NCBI GenBank assembly: GCA_040285855.1
Contig: JAUFOQ010000004.1
Location: forward strand, 868,001-932,000
DNA from: Eukaryota sp. GEM-RC1
Taxonomy: Eukaryota
Direction of reading: 5' to 3'
DNA length: 64,000 nt
The notes below the pieces were generated by a model. The model saw only the letters and a program-made list of their open reading frames with translations. It made no database searches and was not told the DNA's origin. The first letter of the stretch is position 1; each line of letters starts with the position of its first letter. Below, in pieces: positions 12,540 to 26,286 of the stretch. The position numbers and the translations under genes were made by a program.

Positions 12540-14829
12540 TCATGGTAATTCTTCAATAGCATTACTTCGAAACTCCAACAAACTCTCATCAACATTATCC
12601 AAATACTCACTACCATCACTATCGTCATCATCCAATTGAAGAGCTACTGCAAAGGTTGCTTGGGTTCTTGAAAGCAACGACAAAGCAGCTTTCAAAGCAT
12701 CTTCATTAGAGTTATCAAACAACTCAGTAGTAGCATTGGAAAGTGACGAAATGTGTTGCCGCAGCAGTGACTTTATGTGTGATAACTTAGCACCATCAGA
12801 TGAAGATCCCAACAGAAGAGACAAAACTTGGTCAAAACAATCAATCAATGGGGTTTTTAACTGGTCAATTGACTTCCAAGAGACAGTGAAGTGATTGTTA
12901 CGTGTGAGTTCTGTCACAGTCAGAGTTTGCGATAGAACACTTGGAACTTCTTTAAGAAACGAAATCACTTCAGCCAAAACTGAATCAATATGACTGTGAT
13001 CTCGACTAGTATTGACGGACATCTCTCCAGACTGATTCTTAAACCCAATCAACACGTCAACAATCTCACGTGCCTGATTACCAGACAGTGATTGAATCAC
13101 ATCCAATACTTTTGCCAAAATCTTTTCACTTGGTCCATCATTATTCATAACTAATCGAGATAACTCTTGGGCTAAAACAAAAGACTTTGAAGATCCAGAA
13201 AGATTCAAAGAAGCTGCTAATCTAGCTCTTTCAGTTTTAGAAAGAGCGGCAATCGACTCAACTAATAGGATTGGGGCTTGGTCAAGGGATTTCTTGTGAA
13301 GTTTTGATTGGAGGTCGGATAGTTGACGTGATAGCTGATTAATTTTTTCGTCTTTTTGAGCTGATTGTTCAGAGAATTCTTGTGACTTTTCTGAGTATTC
13401 TGACTGCAGTAAAGAAAAGGCATCATGCAGTTCTTTCAGTTTCTCACTAAGTAATTGACTTGAGCTCTTTTCACGTGATAATCGAGCTCTCAGGTCAAAA
13501 ACTTCAGGGTCAATGGCAGGCGAAACGTCAAGATGTTTGACTTTGGGTGACTTTTGTCGACTTTCCAAAAACGACGGCGAATCAGTTTGAATACAAGACT
13601 CAATCGTTGACACGTGATGAACTGGCTGAGTGTCCCTCATCGACACTTCACCTTCCGCTTTCGAATTGGACATAGCCTCTTTCTTTGCTACTAAAGCAAG
13701 AGTAGTTTTAAGCCGTTTTTTAGTAGTTGAATACTTTTCTGTTAGATCACGATGATTGCCAGTCAAGAGGTCATATTTGTGATGTAATTTTTTGACATTT
13801 TTCAATAATTCATCTCGTTCTTTTTTAACTGTTTCATAGTCAATTCGGATGTTTTCCAAAGTAGACAACGTGCTTTCCACCTCTGACAACATTGAATGTG
13901 TTTCGTGAAGTTGACCTGCAAGCTCAGAATTATCACGTTTCAGTTTCAAAACTTCCGAATCAATACCATCAACAGAACGAGCGGCAACCTTCGACTGTAG
14001 ATCTGAGACAATCTGCTCATAATCACTAACCGACTTGTATAACGTTTCGTTTTCGACTGTCAGATTGCTATGCTCACGTGATACTTGCCTATTTCGATCA
14101 GCAAGTTCCCTGCACATAGATAAAGCCTCACATCCAGCCATGGCACTACTTTCCAACCCAGGCATCATTACCATTAGCTTAGTTACCCAAGATTTTGAAG
14201 AGGAAATTCCAGAGCGTAGACGGTGCATAGAAGACTTGGTGAGGGAAAGTTCCTGTTCAAGAGCTCTACAGGAACGTGTAGATGACGATAGTGATTGTTT
14301 TAGTTTGGAGACTTCTTCAGAAAGTCGTATAACTTCCTCTGACTTTTGATCCTTGTCAGAAGCGTGCTTGTCTAGACGATGTTCGAGTTCCGCAATCTTC
14401 TCTCTGTACATGTCTTCAGATCTTGAGAAAGCCATTGCCACGTCAGAGGGGGGTAGACTGGCGAGAAGCTAGTTTACGCTCACATTCATTGAGGGAGGTT
14501 TGTAGAGCAGTAGAGATGGCTTCTGCTTGGAGAGAACGACGTTCAGCGTCAGTGGATTGAGATTTAAGAATGAAGAGTTCCTCTTTGAGTGAGGTTATGA
14601 TATCATCAGAGTTTGCGAGACGGACTAGAAGGTTATCACGTTCAGTAGAGATATCGTTAACAAAGCCAGCAAGTTGTTCAACACGTGTAGTTAGAGAGAG
14701 TAGCTTTTTAGATCTTGTGTTACAAGAGGGACAAGAAGAAGTTTGAGGTGTTAATGGAGCTGAGACAGTGTGATGTGGTGAAAAAAGCCAGTCTACGTCA
14801 GACAGAAGAGCATCTGACGATGAAGGCAT
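12540..14829 (-). CDS. Long coiled-coil protein of unknown function (one frameshift)
   Basis: ORFs 14443-14829 and 12540-14441 join (STPSDVAM) if one base is removed from the G6 run at about 14448-14453. The sequence is heptad-rich. Confidence 0.75.
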
Positions 14830-14897
14830 TGTGGAAATTGGAATTGGAGAAACGAACTGAAGGATCTTGATTGTGTCATTCTCTGGTCGATAAATGG

Positions 14898-15234
14898 GAA
14901 TCTCATCTCCGAATATGGTTGGTGTGTAGAACGTCTGAAAGCGGCACTCTAAAATACAACTACAGCAGTGACTTAAACTGTATTTAACTCACCAACAACT
15001 ACAAAATCTTCAACAAATAAACAGTTTTATGTTACATCAATATTAATTTTATTTCTTCATCCAGGGTAATTTGAATCAAATGAATGACCTTCTTGGAATT
15101 TGAAATTTTGAGTTTGCGTTCTTCTAATACCGACACCTCCTCATCAGCATTTAAACAGACTGAAATTTCTCCAGTTTTGGAAAACCAGTACATATATCGT
15201 GTTGGAATCACCACTATTTGCTGATAAATGACGT
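14898..15234. repeat. Dispersed repeat, second copy at about 21158-21490
   Basis: Aligns by eye with 21158-21490, for example TGTATTTAACTCACCAACAACTACAA and CAGCATTTAAACAGACTGAAATTTCTCCAGTTTTGGAAAA. Confidence 0.8.
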
Positions 15235-16989
15235 GAGTCGACCGTTGTCATCATGCACGACAAAATCTTTCATACTAGTTGAAGTATTCTCATTTTCATC
15301 ATCACTGCCAGAGGCAATAGCTTCATTATTGAACAATTCTAAAACTAACTCCGAACTGGCATTCAAGTTATCCTTACATGGAACATGTTTTTCCACCATA
15401 TCTTCCTCAATTTCAGAATTGATTGTACCAAGACTCTTAGGTAATACCTACGATTAGGTAATACACTTAGGTCTTACTTAACAATTTGAGACAATTACAA
15501 ACAGATCAGTATTTAGAGGAAAGCTTCAAACCGTAGTCAAAACAATGATTGAAACATTTGAGAAGCATGAACCGTTTACGTCTGATTGGGAATCACATTC
15601 CCTGAGACTCCCCGTGCTTGAGATTATGGATTGTGACTTTTTGTGCTCCAAGCAACATCCATACCATGTGGGCGGTTGTTTACACAAGCAGGTCTCACAG
15701 TTAATGATAGAAGAACTCATTTGAGTTCCAGTTCTGTACAATCACAGCTTTGTTTGAACTCATGGGACGATTTGTAGCAAGTAGAATTCTTGGAATAAAA
15801 AAAGTCTATATCTACTTCAAAAGTCATGTAACGATGACGATGCCGTGACTTGCCGTGACGTGAATTGGTTTTGTTGGAAGTTACGTCACGTCGACTTGGC
15901 CAGACATCGTCATGACGAGTCATGACGTCGTCATTTGCCAACTCTGTGCTAGACCCTGGTATCTATGAACAGTGATGGCCCAACAAAATCTCACATCAAT
16001 GTTATGTGACAATAATCAGTGATTGTACATTTGAATCTATTAACGAGGCCCAGTTTTAATTTGCTTTGAGTAAACTTGACTGAACCTCGACAACACAGGA
16101 AAATTTTTGTTCTGCAAATTCGTTCACCCTTGACCATCAATTTTTAACATTTAAATCAAAAGTTTTTCCCATTTGCTCTTCGTTCGGCTGACCAAGTGTC
16201 CAACTTTTACAATTTTTTGATTTAAATAATTGTTCGTTGAATGTATCGAAAGAATGAAACTGAATATTCTCATACCCTAGAACACATAACAAATCGAATT
16301 GTTTCAGATTTATTTCTGCCACATCATTGTATCGACCATAAAGTTTTGTAGAATTATCATCATTTTCTCTAATGACTTAGGTTTCATTGACATTTGTTTA
16401 TTATAGTCACCGAAAAGAACCATACGGATTAAACTATTGCGCAATACGTATTGTACGTATGGACCTAAGTTGTTAACGGCTCAGCACATGATATACACCG
16501 TACTGAGTTGCAAATGTGACGGACTGCAACATGTTCCAGATTTCACCTTCATAAGTGGTCCCGTGAGAGAACAAAAAACTGGAAATATAATTTTTAATTT
16601 TCTGTTTTACAAATTGTATCGTTGTAGTTCAAGAGTAGATGTGGATCATTTAATATCTTTTAAGTACTAGTTGTTTGTATTTCGTTAATCTATAATATAA
16701 AACCCAATAACATTATTTTCTGTTTTCATAAAATCAATAATGGAGAAACCCAACTTGAAAAAATAAATAAAATATCATTATTTATTGTAAATATTTAAAT
16801 ACAAATATTTTTCCGTAGGTCCTGCTCTTAATCCTACATGTGGTTTTCTTTTGGTCTTTAGATTTCAATTGCTCTTTGTACTCACACATGTCATCACCTA
16901 CATGTTATGATTCTTACCAAATATAACTCATCTCTTCTACTGATGCTAATATCCAACCAACATCTGCTTCAGCTCCTCCTTCTTCCGTT

Positions 16990-17390
16990 TTAAAAAAAAG
17001 TTTCCCGAAAATCTATTACAACACTTTCGGCAAGCGATTAATGTGAAGCCTGGTGGTACAAGGCAGACTATTGATAACTTTATTGAATGTTCCTATTGTG
17101 GTCCATGTAAGAGATTGGCTTCAACCAATTTGTCTGGAAATTTGAGACGAAATGCAAAGACGCCACAACACTGAATAAAATGCCACTATTATATAAGAAG
17201 TCACAAAACAATCAATTGACAATTTGTTTCTAAAAAGGTGAATCAAGATGTTTTTGCTGTAAATGAGGAAGCATCACTTAACGATTTAGTAGATCTGTTT
17301 ATGGATCTGCAATTACCTATGACACATATTGAGGAACCCAAATTCATGGCTGTCATGCGGAGACCTTCATCTATCAATCGAACACGCACA
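16990..17390 (+). mobile_element. Degraded hAT transposase N-terminal remnant (BED finger and DNA-binding region)
   Basis: Broken translation IECSYC...TNLSGNL, then LVDLFMDLQLPMTHIEEPKFMAVM (LP..xE.P.F motif). Confidence 0.5.
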
Positions 17391-19828
17391 AATAATTGTG
17401 TCTGCTAAGACCAGACTTTTCTAAACTGCTATTGAAAGCATCAATGGATGATAGATTCTTTCGATTTCAATTCAATAATGAGAAGTATCTTCCGATACAC
17501 ACCATGAGTGATTATTTTTGTGAAAGTGTAGATTATCATAGCATGAGAATCATAGTTTATAAATCACCTTATATTATCATCTTGTATGTCCACACCTAAC
17601 TTTAAGCATCAATACGTATTGGCATGTGAAAAAGCCGAAGTGTAACTAACTACAGATCCCGGATCCCATCCCAGCATCAATTTGCTGAAGACTTCTCTTG
17701 GAAAGGACGCCCTTCTGAAAAGAAAGTAAGCTATCAACCCTTCCTCTCCCTGAGGATTGAAAGGATAAGAATGTCCTTCCCAGTCCTGACAACAAGAGTG
17801 TCCCTCCTGTTGGTAAACTTTCGAAGAAGACAAATTCTAAGAAAAGTAAGCTCAAGGTAACCTATCTTCCTAATGGTGTCAAAACATCTGACCCAGATGA
17901 TACTAGAACCCCCTAACCTAAGAAGAAATATGTAAACTCCAAAAACTTTAACCATACAGGAGTAGCTCTAAATCCTAAAGAACTCCGCGACACTCGTGAA
18001 CTCCACATGAAGTTGTTGGTTGTTGGTAGAGACGTATGGCGATATCAACGCCGAACTCATCCGCCTAGGGAAAATAGCAGACGATCTGTCTACTTCGGAG
18101 GATGAGTTGTCCCTCAGTCCCCCCATGTCTCGTCCCTGGATAAAAGCCCTCCAAAAACCATCCATCAACAAAACCACCCACGGCGAACCCACACGTGGAC
18201 TCAATTTAGCTAGAGATCTTCTACTAAATGTCGACATCAGAGGTATTCAGCTTGACGTGGACCCTCATATCCTGAGCTCGTAAAAAGTCTGATGGGACCC
18301 CATCAATCGCTAATAAACCATAAAATATTCAATTTTGAAGACATTGTACAAAGAAGAATTTTAATGGAGAATTACTTCGGTTATCTCAAAAAAGTGAAAA
18401 ATTTGTACACATATCATAGTGGATTTTATAAAGATTTTATCTTCCTTCCAGAATGAAGATGAACTGTAAAACTGTAATCCAATTTCAAAATGGATTTTAA
18501 AAATCTGGACGTAGAAATTTAATGAAAAAATTGCTTTGTAAATGTTTCTTATGTCTTTAAAGAAACAATTATGATGAAAATTTCTCTCATCATGTAAACT
18601 TAACAAATTAAAATAATACACACATATAAAAGACTCTTTTTCAAAAAAAAAAGACAATTCGTTGAAATTGAGTAATCAATTCATTGACAGGAAATGATGA
18701 AAACAGAGAATTTCTTTCATAAGTAGAAACATCATTCGAATCACTTTAATCGAAAACTCATCTGAAAACATTTAAAAATTGGTTTACTACTGTAATTATT
18801 GAAGACAAAAATAAGAATATTTCCAAAATGCTTGTAGTAACGTCACCAATGGGCAACTACTATCAATTATTAAAAAACAAAAAAATGACTTGAACAAGTT
18901 TCTCTTATCAAACAACGATGAACACACTTAAAACGATATCAGTGACGAGTTAAGGCAAGAGAGATGAAGATGATTTTCAATTCCTTGTGGATGAGTCAGA
19001 CATGGCTCCTTGGAAGATGAAAACGTGGTTGTTATAACACAACTAGGAGAAGTGTGGTAACCGAAGTACGAGTAGGAGCAAAAACACAAAGGGCCGAAGA
19101 CCGCGGACCATTGTGAGAAGCGACTGCGTATTTTAAGACGAGAAGTATAGAGAGTGAAAGGTCGAAAAAAACGTGGACGGAAGAGTGGTAACCGAAGGAA
19201 ATGAACAAGAGGAAACGATGAAGGAGTAGAGAAGAAGATTCAAGAACAAAAGAAACTCAGGAGGTAGACATGTCAGAACGATCAGAGAGCAAACGTTGAT
19301 CATTAAGATATCTTTCATCTAGATGTTCATTAACATCTAGATGAACTTTGATCTAATCCCTTCCATATGTAACGTCTTCTCGTACCGCCAATTGGTGTGC
19401 CGATCTCTTGTTCTCACATGAAGACTCCCTTCTTTCCCTTGTCTCTTCACGTCTCTCACAACCGTTCTAGCTGTTTTTTCTATGATTAATTGATATTTTA
19501 GTCAATGTGTGTGTTCGTACTTTGCCTTGAATCATTTGAATCCGCCCTCTTTTGATTTCTCTCGTCCATAGTATCACGAGATCAATTCTTCTCGTACAAT
19601 CTGATCTTTATGTTAACATCTCTCTCATATTCTTCTTTTAGATGTTTTGGAGATCATAACGTTTTCTCTTTTGTAACATTTGTTGATCTTTAAAGAATCT
19701 CTAGTCTTATGTTTGTTATATTTACTCAATTTAGATCATTGGTTTTTTTAAAATAAGACTGATTGCTTTCCAAACAGATTGTTGATATACGATAATAAAA
19801 GTAAGTTGTATTATTTGATTCATAAAAT

Positions 19829-20993
19829 TAGAGATGGGCAACGGCTCAACTGGACTTACAAAGTAGAGTCGACTGAACTAAGAGACTTAGTCGAGTCGAG
19901 TGGGCATTAGTCCGAACTAACATTGAGCTAATTTATTCTCTAAACTTACCCAATGGTTCCATGATTTTGACTAAAATCTTGGCAACTTCTCTCTTTGCTA
20001 GAAGCTTGACAGAGCTGTCTATGTACTTAAATGAGATCTTCACTTCCATTTCATTTGCATCTGTCTTCATTTCGACGACGTTCCTTTCTGGATTCTCTTC
20101 AAGAACTATGACATGTCTGACTCACAAATAATAGATCCACTGGACATTCTTAAAATGAATGTCCACTGCACAAGATACATACACCTATTCATCACCTCAC
20201 ACTTAAAATTGTGACTTGTTTATTGATGTTGTACAGCTAACTACCTACTCGTTCATCAACTTATACCCACTGTTCAACCATGATTTGAGTGAAACCAAAG
20301 ATCTGACACTTTCTGGAGTCAAGCGAGCTCTTCTTTCAGAGATGACAAGTCCAGAAAGACAAAACAGTCTCTTACAAGAAAGTTTTTGATGTTGCCTGAC
20401 AAGAAAGATAATCCATGGCCATCTCCACAGTACCTCCGGCAATCATTATTGGATACCATGAGCAGTATGGGGATGAGGTAACTTCTTTACGTCCATCAGG
20501 AGTTCTTTCAGAACAAATTGATCAGTGATAAAGTGAAATGTGATTCCAATCAATGGTTGAGAGGCCTCGGAAGTCCATAAGTCAGTTGTCAGTGAAACGG
20601 CTGTTGCGTTAGATTTCACTGAATTGATAACAACATCCCTGATTCTGAGAAAGTTTGATCTAATTCGGCGAGTTGCGGTAGCTCGTGAGATTACAATAGC
20701 ATTTGAATTGTAGAATTGTAAAAGCTGATACAGAGGACAACTTTCCACTGCAAACAATGGCAAACATTCTTTGACGACGTAGTTGATCAAAAGCATCTCT
20801 CATTTTTTCCGTCGTCAGCAGACAAAGTGGCAGCAGGAAGAGGTGGTACAGGTGCAAAGGCCAGTTTTGGCTGAGATGATCTAACTGTTGATGACGCAAC
20901 TCGAGTCGCTCCACACTCGAGTTCACTGACTCGACTGGTCTACTGACAGTGGAGTTGACTGAACTAATTAGTCGAGCCGATTGCCCATCTGTA
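19829..20993 (-). mobile_element. Internally deleted hAT (Ac-like) transposon
   Basis: TIRs TAGAGATGGGCAA/TACAGATGGGCAA and 8-bp TSD CATAAAAT (19821-19828, 20994-21001). ORFs contain VSLTTDLWTS..GITFHFI..PHPHTA and the dimerisation motif RLF..SG.VISERRARLTPE. Confidence 0.93.
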
Positions 20994-21157
20994 CATAAAA
21001 TGTGTATTTTCTTTATTCTTTAATTTCTTCTTGCTACAATAAATTCACAAAAGACAAACACGAGAATTTTTGTCACGTGACAAAAGTATTACATACGGTC
21101 ATAATTGTGTGATTACTGAAGCACAAACACTAGTGAGTCACAGCAAAATATCAAGAA

Positions 21158-21490
21158 GAATCTCATCTCCGAGTATAGTTCTAGGTTGGTGTGTAGAACA
21201 TCTGAAAGCTGCACTCTAAAATATGGCCATATCTGTGACTTAAGCTGTATTTAACTCACCAACAACTACAAAGTCTTCAACAAATAACAGTTTTTTGTTA
21301 CATCAATATTCCTTCATCCAGGGTAACTTGAATCAATTAAATGACCTTTTTGGTATTTCAAATATTGAGTTTGCGTTCTTCAAAACCGACACATCCTCAT
21401 CAGCATTTAAACAGACTGAAATTTCTCCAGTTTTGGAAAACAAGTACATATATCGTAGAACAATCACCACTTATTGCTGATAAACGACGT
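21158..21490. repeat. Dispersed repeat, first copy at about 14898-15234
   Basis: Direct-orientation similarity to 14898-15234. Confidence 0.8.
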
Positions 21491-22058
21491 ACGAGTTAAC
21501 TGTTGAGTACAACGTATGTCCAAAAGCTAGATGTAAGGCAACCAATTGTATGAATTTTGTTCTACAATCTAACAAATAGATGATTATGTACAGTATTCTA
21601 TTCTGAATAATGCGCAACACAAGTGTTAGCTCGATATGTAAATGATTCGGTTCAGTTTTCCATACTAGAACCTCATTCTTCACTCAAATAGACATTCATT
21701 TAAATGATAATTAGTCCACGAAGTGACAGTAACCGTTTCAAAAATTTACTATATTGAATTGAAGCATTTATCTAATATTAAAGTCCTTGAAGAGAAATAA
21801 ACTAGAGTCTAGACAGAAGAAACAATATACATATACTTATTCAAGACGATCTTTGATTGATTTACATCTCTAATACTTTGGTAAAGAATCAAAGTCGAGG
21901 ATAATTGTAGTTTTATGGGTTAACCCAAACATCAAAAAAAGGATCGGATTAATTGATTCAGTTCAGCATAATCGTGAACTGAACTGTCTGAAATGGTTCT
22001 GAACCGAACCATCTAAGTTTGGTTAGCAGCTAAAACTCGGAAATTTAGATAATCTAAC

Positions 22059-22936
22059 TAGACCTGTGCACGACTCGACTCGACTCAACTCGACTAGAAA
22101 TTTATCTGAGTCGACTCGACTCGGCTCTACGAATCGTGTAGTCGACTCGACTCGACTAATTATTTATCTGAGTCGACTCGACTCGGCTTTGAGTCGACTC
22201 GAGTCGACTATTGAGTAGCGACAGTAACAATAGCCCAATCATTGAAATTCATTCGTCTAAATAAATGCAAAATGCAGGATTTTTTTATAACAAGAAACAA
22301 GAAAAGCTATTAGTATACAGTCTATAAGTACTGAAGTAGCCTATGACGCAAATTCATCACCAAGAAAGATGCTCCATGACTGCAAACATGCAGATGCTCT
22401 AATATTTTCGTCACTCAAAGAACGAGAAAACTCATGGTGGGGTACGATTCTCCCGAAATAGCTTCAGTGACAGCGAAGAACGGTTTAAGCAGTTCTAGGC
22501 CTTGATTGAGAGTAGATTTCTCATCTGGAGAAAGAGCTGAATTCTACAGGTCTTTGTTGGAGGTAAACACTGAAAGAGCAGAAACAAGAAACTGGTTTAA
22601 CAAAAATCATTTGAGCACTACATGTAGTAACGTTGTTAGTATACTACACTTGATTTTTTTTAACCACAAAGACGAAAGTCAATTGGTGTTGTTTCAGTAT
22701 TCAATCTTGAACTATTTAATGGAAGATAATATATATAAACCACATGTGGGATAATTTGATGCAACGTAATAAATGACTTGAGTCGACTCGACTCGGCTCA
22801 GACATTGTTTAAGTCGACTCGACTCGACTTGGGAAAGAGATGAGTCGACTCGACTGCACTTTTTATGAGTCGACTCGACTCAACTGATGTAGCGGAGTCG
22901 ACTTAGTTGACTATTTGAGTCGATTGCACAGGTCTA
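22059..22936. mobile_element. Non-autonomous hAT/MITE with dense GACTC subterminal arrays
   Basis: 12-bp TIRs TAGACCTGTGCA and 8-bp TSD AATCTAAC (22051-22058, 22937-22944). Arrays of (C)GACTC and GAGTCGACTC palindromes lie at both ends. Confidence 0.93.
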
Positions 22937-23002
22937 AATCTAACAATCCTCAGCTAGTGTTAGAATGGACGGATTTTGAATTTAACGTGAGTTAGTTTTT
23001 CA

Positions 23003-25183
23003 ATGGCCGGAAGAAGACGGTTCCCAGCACCTAAAGCTGCTCTCACAGGAGCAAAGATAGGACTATCCCGAGTAACTTTCAATCCCATTGTAATAGTATC
23101 TCAACTCTTTCTCAACAAACAAAAGGAGTTTCTCACTGACAAGACTATCGTCTTCCACGGCCAATCTTATCATTGTCATTCTTCTTTTCTCTCTTCCTTC
23201 AGTCCAGTTTTGAAAGAGAAGCTATTGGGATCCGATCCTGAAGTACATTTCCCCCAACTAGAGTCTATTGTTCCTAATGCTGATCTCTTCTTCCAAATCC
23301 TAGACTACTGTTATGGACAACCTTTCCATCTTACTCTCAAAAACATCGGTGTTGTCCTGACCTTATGTTCTTCTCTTCAACTCTCATCTTTGTCTGACCC
23401 CATCCATAAGGTTATTTCTAAAGGATTTTCTACTTCACGTGATCTTCGATTGAAGTCTGAAGAAGTCTTACAAACCATCAAATCAAGTGTTCAACGAGAT
23501 GTTATGTTGTCTTATAAGGGTAAATCTCTAACCATTAGCTCTTTGGTGTTGATTTGTTCTTCTGAATATTTCAAAAATATGTTCTGTTCCAATTTTGCTG
23601 ACTCAAATGAACGAAAGTTTTCTTACAGTGATGAATTTACTGGTGTTTCTGTTTCAAATTTTGAAACTTTTTTTAAATCTTTTCTCGGTGAATCATTCGA
23701 TCTTGACGTCAATAATGTAATTGACTTTTATCAATTGTCGACATATTTTTCTGTAGATAAATTGAAAGAAACTTGTAATTCTTTTGTTCCTTCTATTACT
23801 ACTACCAGAAATATATTCCTCTTATTGAAAACTACTTCAGAACGAAATCTTTTAAATTTCCTCAGACAAAATACAAAGCTCTTTGGAGGATCAAACAAAG
23901 TTCAAGATCTTCCACCTCCTTTTCCTTTACCTCTTTCATTCATTTCTCTTCTAATTGAGGTAATGTCAAATTCTTGGCTGTTGCATTGTTTGACTTTATC
24001 CATCACTGATCAACAAATTGAGGAAGATTACCGTACTTTGAGTCAAATATTTGAAAAAATCGTTGTTAATGACGGAAATATCAGCGAAATTTATACTTGT
24101 TTGATTCCATTATTCGATCAGAGTTACCTTCATCAGTTCATATTAACTTGGTCAAGGAAAGTCTTTCTGGGGGTTCAAAATGTTCACGTTATCCCTGATG
24201 AATGGTTTTTGTGGTGTTTATCTCAATCCTGTTTGAATCATAAAAGATGGAAAGTGTTAAATATCGATTTTCTAATTCAGAATTTTTCCTTGATCATAGA
24301 AGCAGGTGATCTTTTTAATATTTCCTTTTATTCTTACCTAACCCCCGAAATTTTCAAAAATTTAAAAAATCTCCTACCCCGCTCTTATGATCTTTTTCTT
24401 ATCAATTGTTTTGTCAAGACTTGGAAAGAAACCGAATTATGGACGGTGAAGGACTTTGAAGATGAAATTTTAAAAGTTGATTTTCAATCCAGTGTTCATA
24501 ATATTCAAATTTTAAATATCCTATCAAAGTTGACAACTGATCATCAACTTGCACCTTTTCTTACTGTTAACTTATTAAATCACTCTTTAAGTACTCTGAA
24601 TAGTCACGACCAAGAGTTAACTGAAGTCAAACAACAAGTAATAGTCCTGAGCAATGAACTGGGCTCTTTAAGAGAGAGTGTACGTTCATCCAATGAGTGT
24701 CATTCATCTGAAGTTGCTACCTTACGTCAGGATATTCGAGGTCTTACTGAGTTGGTGTCTAACTTGTGTAGACTTCCCGTAAAAACAGATTCAGTTCTCA
24801 CAGAGTTAATTCAGCTTGTTAATAGTGACGACTTTGTTTCACTTGCTGAAAAACTGATCACCGTCTGTGATGAGTCACCACTTTTTATTACAATGTTCTT
24901 TGACTCCAAGGCCTTTAATTACTTAAGAGCTTGTAAGATAATTATTAGAAGGCCTGATGTTGCTACAACTCTCTTGCTGAAGTTAACGGTTATTCTTACT
25001 CCATATCCTCGTCTCCAAGGATTAATGATGTTTTACAAGCACTTGTTGAGACGATGTCTTACAGAGCTTGACGAGGAAGAAGCTGACGCTATTGCAAACA
25101 ATGTTTCTGAACTTCTTGCCCAATTCTTCAGTCAACCAGACTTTAAAGAAATTAAGCAGGAATTGGATGATCACAATGAATAG
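23003..25183 (+). CDS. Tandem BTB/POZ domain protein with C-terminal coiled coil
   Basis: Intact 726-aa ORF with two BTB signatures: TDKTIVFHGQSYHCHSSFLSSFSPVL and DVMLSYKG..SSLVLICSSEYFKNMF..F.DS. Confidence 0.85.
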   Translation: MAGRRRFPAPKAALTGAKIGLSRVTFNPIVIVSQLFLNKQKEFLTDKTIVFHGQSYHCHSSFLSSFSPVLKEKLLGSDPEVHFPQLESIVPNADLFFQILDYCYGQPFHLTLKNIGVVLTLCSSLQLSSLSDPIHKVISKGFSTSRDLRLKSEEVLQTIKSSVQRDVMLSYKGKSLTISSLVLICSSEYFKNMFCSNFADSNERKFSYSDEFTGVSVSNFETFFKSFLGESFDLDVNNVIDFYQLSTYFSVDKLKETCNSFVPSITTTRNIFLLLKTTSERNLLNFLRQNTKLFGGSNKVQDLPPPFPLPLSFISLLIEVMSNSWLLHCLTLSITDQQIEEDYRTLSQIFEKIVVNDGNISEIYTCLIPLFDQSYLHQFILTWSRKVFLGVQNVHVIPDEWFLWCLSQSCLNHKRWKVLNIDFLIQNFSLIIEAGDLFNISFYSYLTPEIFKNLKNLLPRSYDLFLINCFVKTWKETELWTVKDFEDEILKVDFQSSVHNIQILNILSKLTTDHQLAPFLTVNLLNHSLSTLNSHDQELTEVKQQVIVLSNELGSLRESVRSSNECHSSEVATLRQDIRGLTELVSNLCRLPVKTDSVLTELIQLVNSDDFVSLAEKLITVCDESPLFITMFFDSKAFNYLRACKIIIRRPDVATTLLLKLTVILTPYPRLQGLMMFYKHLLRRCLTELDEEEADAIANNVSELLAQFFSQPDFKEIKQELDDHNE

Positions 25184-25522
25184 ACGGTGTCGTAGGAGAT
25201 TGGCTTACAAATGAACTTAAAAACTGTATCTGGTGTGATTTTCAACTCATATATACTTCATTCTATTACAGATCGGTTGTCACTCGACTTTTTACGTTCA
25301 CTTATTCACCACATTTTATTAACAACATTAGTTTCTAGACTGGACTAGCTATAATATATATTACACGGATTCAAAAATCGTCACATGATTGCTTACAATG
25401 TTAGCAATACTGAATCAACTTGAAAATTTGAACTACAATAATCAAACCATCTTTTATTGAGCTCCTTCAGAGACTACAGTATTTGTTGAAGCAAAAAATC
25501 AATGTCATCACATGATTATACT

Positions 25523-26286
25523 CAGGGGTTGTCAAAATTTGATTGTCAACACAGTATTTCCTAATGAAATTTTTTTGGTTGATTAGGTCTACGTTTGCGT
25601 TGTGTTATCCCATGTACACGTATTTTAAATCGATTATAGGTTAGTATATTGGTGTCTTTCACCTAATATTTGTGCAAGAGCAATTATTTCACTGTACTGA
25701 TCATACCTGGAAAATACAAGGGTTGAACAAAATACAGAGATTGTACATATAAAAACAAAAATGCGGAGATTGTACATATAAAAACAAAAATACAGAGATA
25801 ATGGTGTTGTAATATCTGTATTTTCAGCAGTGGACATAGACAATAGTGATGTTCAATGATCAACTACGTTTACATTTAGATTCGTGTTTATTAATACCTA
25901 AATTGAACTGTAATGGTCAGTGAGATGTGCGGACTACATTGGTGTGCGGTCGGTGAAAAGATGAATAGTGAAGAGTGAGTTTGTCTTTAGTAAGCAGAAA
26001 TAACAATATATATGTGTTTTGTCTCAAAAAAATTTCTTAGGAAAAAAAAGAAACACTTAAATAGAAAAAACAGTTTATTGATGGAGGGTACAAAAATACA
26101 TATCATAATAAAAGCTATGAAACACTAGACACAAAAAGCACCTGGTCAACAGTACCACAGTCTTTATACAACTTTATAACACTTAAATAGTGTTCAATAT
26201 GACCCAATACAATATAACCAATGATATTGTTTTGATTTTTCAAATGACCAATGAACGTACTGGTGATCCAATTTTCCAAACCCCTG
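25523..26286. mobile_element. Older hAT-type MITE
   Basis: Imperfect TIRs CAGGGGTTGTCAAAATT/CAGGGGTTTGGAAAATT and 7/8-matching TSD ATTATACT/ATTGTACT. Contains a 29-bp tandem duplication near 25730-25800. Confidence 0.65.
26065..26177 (-). mobile_element. 113-bp 5'-truncated retrotransposon 3' end
   Basis: Similar to the reverse complement of about 12295-12402, with a 13-bp TSD AACACTTAAATAG (26052-26064, 26178-26190). Confidence 0.85.

Noticed and set aside
15820..15946. GTCACG/TGACG-rich cluster ending TTGCCAACTCTG as a complete transposon
   Set aside because: It looks like one hAT-type end, but I found no matching second end or TSD.
17600..18300. GC-richer short ORFs as a gene
   Set aside because: No recognisable motif and no consistent frame, so a call cannot be supported.
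22059..22936. GACTC/GAGTCGACTC repeat clusters as a CRISPR-like array
   Set aside because: No constant repeat with unique spacers of regular length. The clusters are subterminal repeats of an element bounded by TIRs and an 8-bp TSD.
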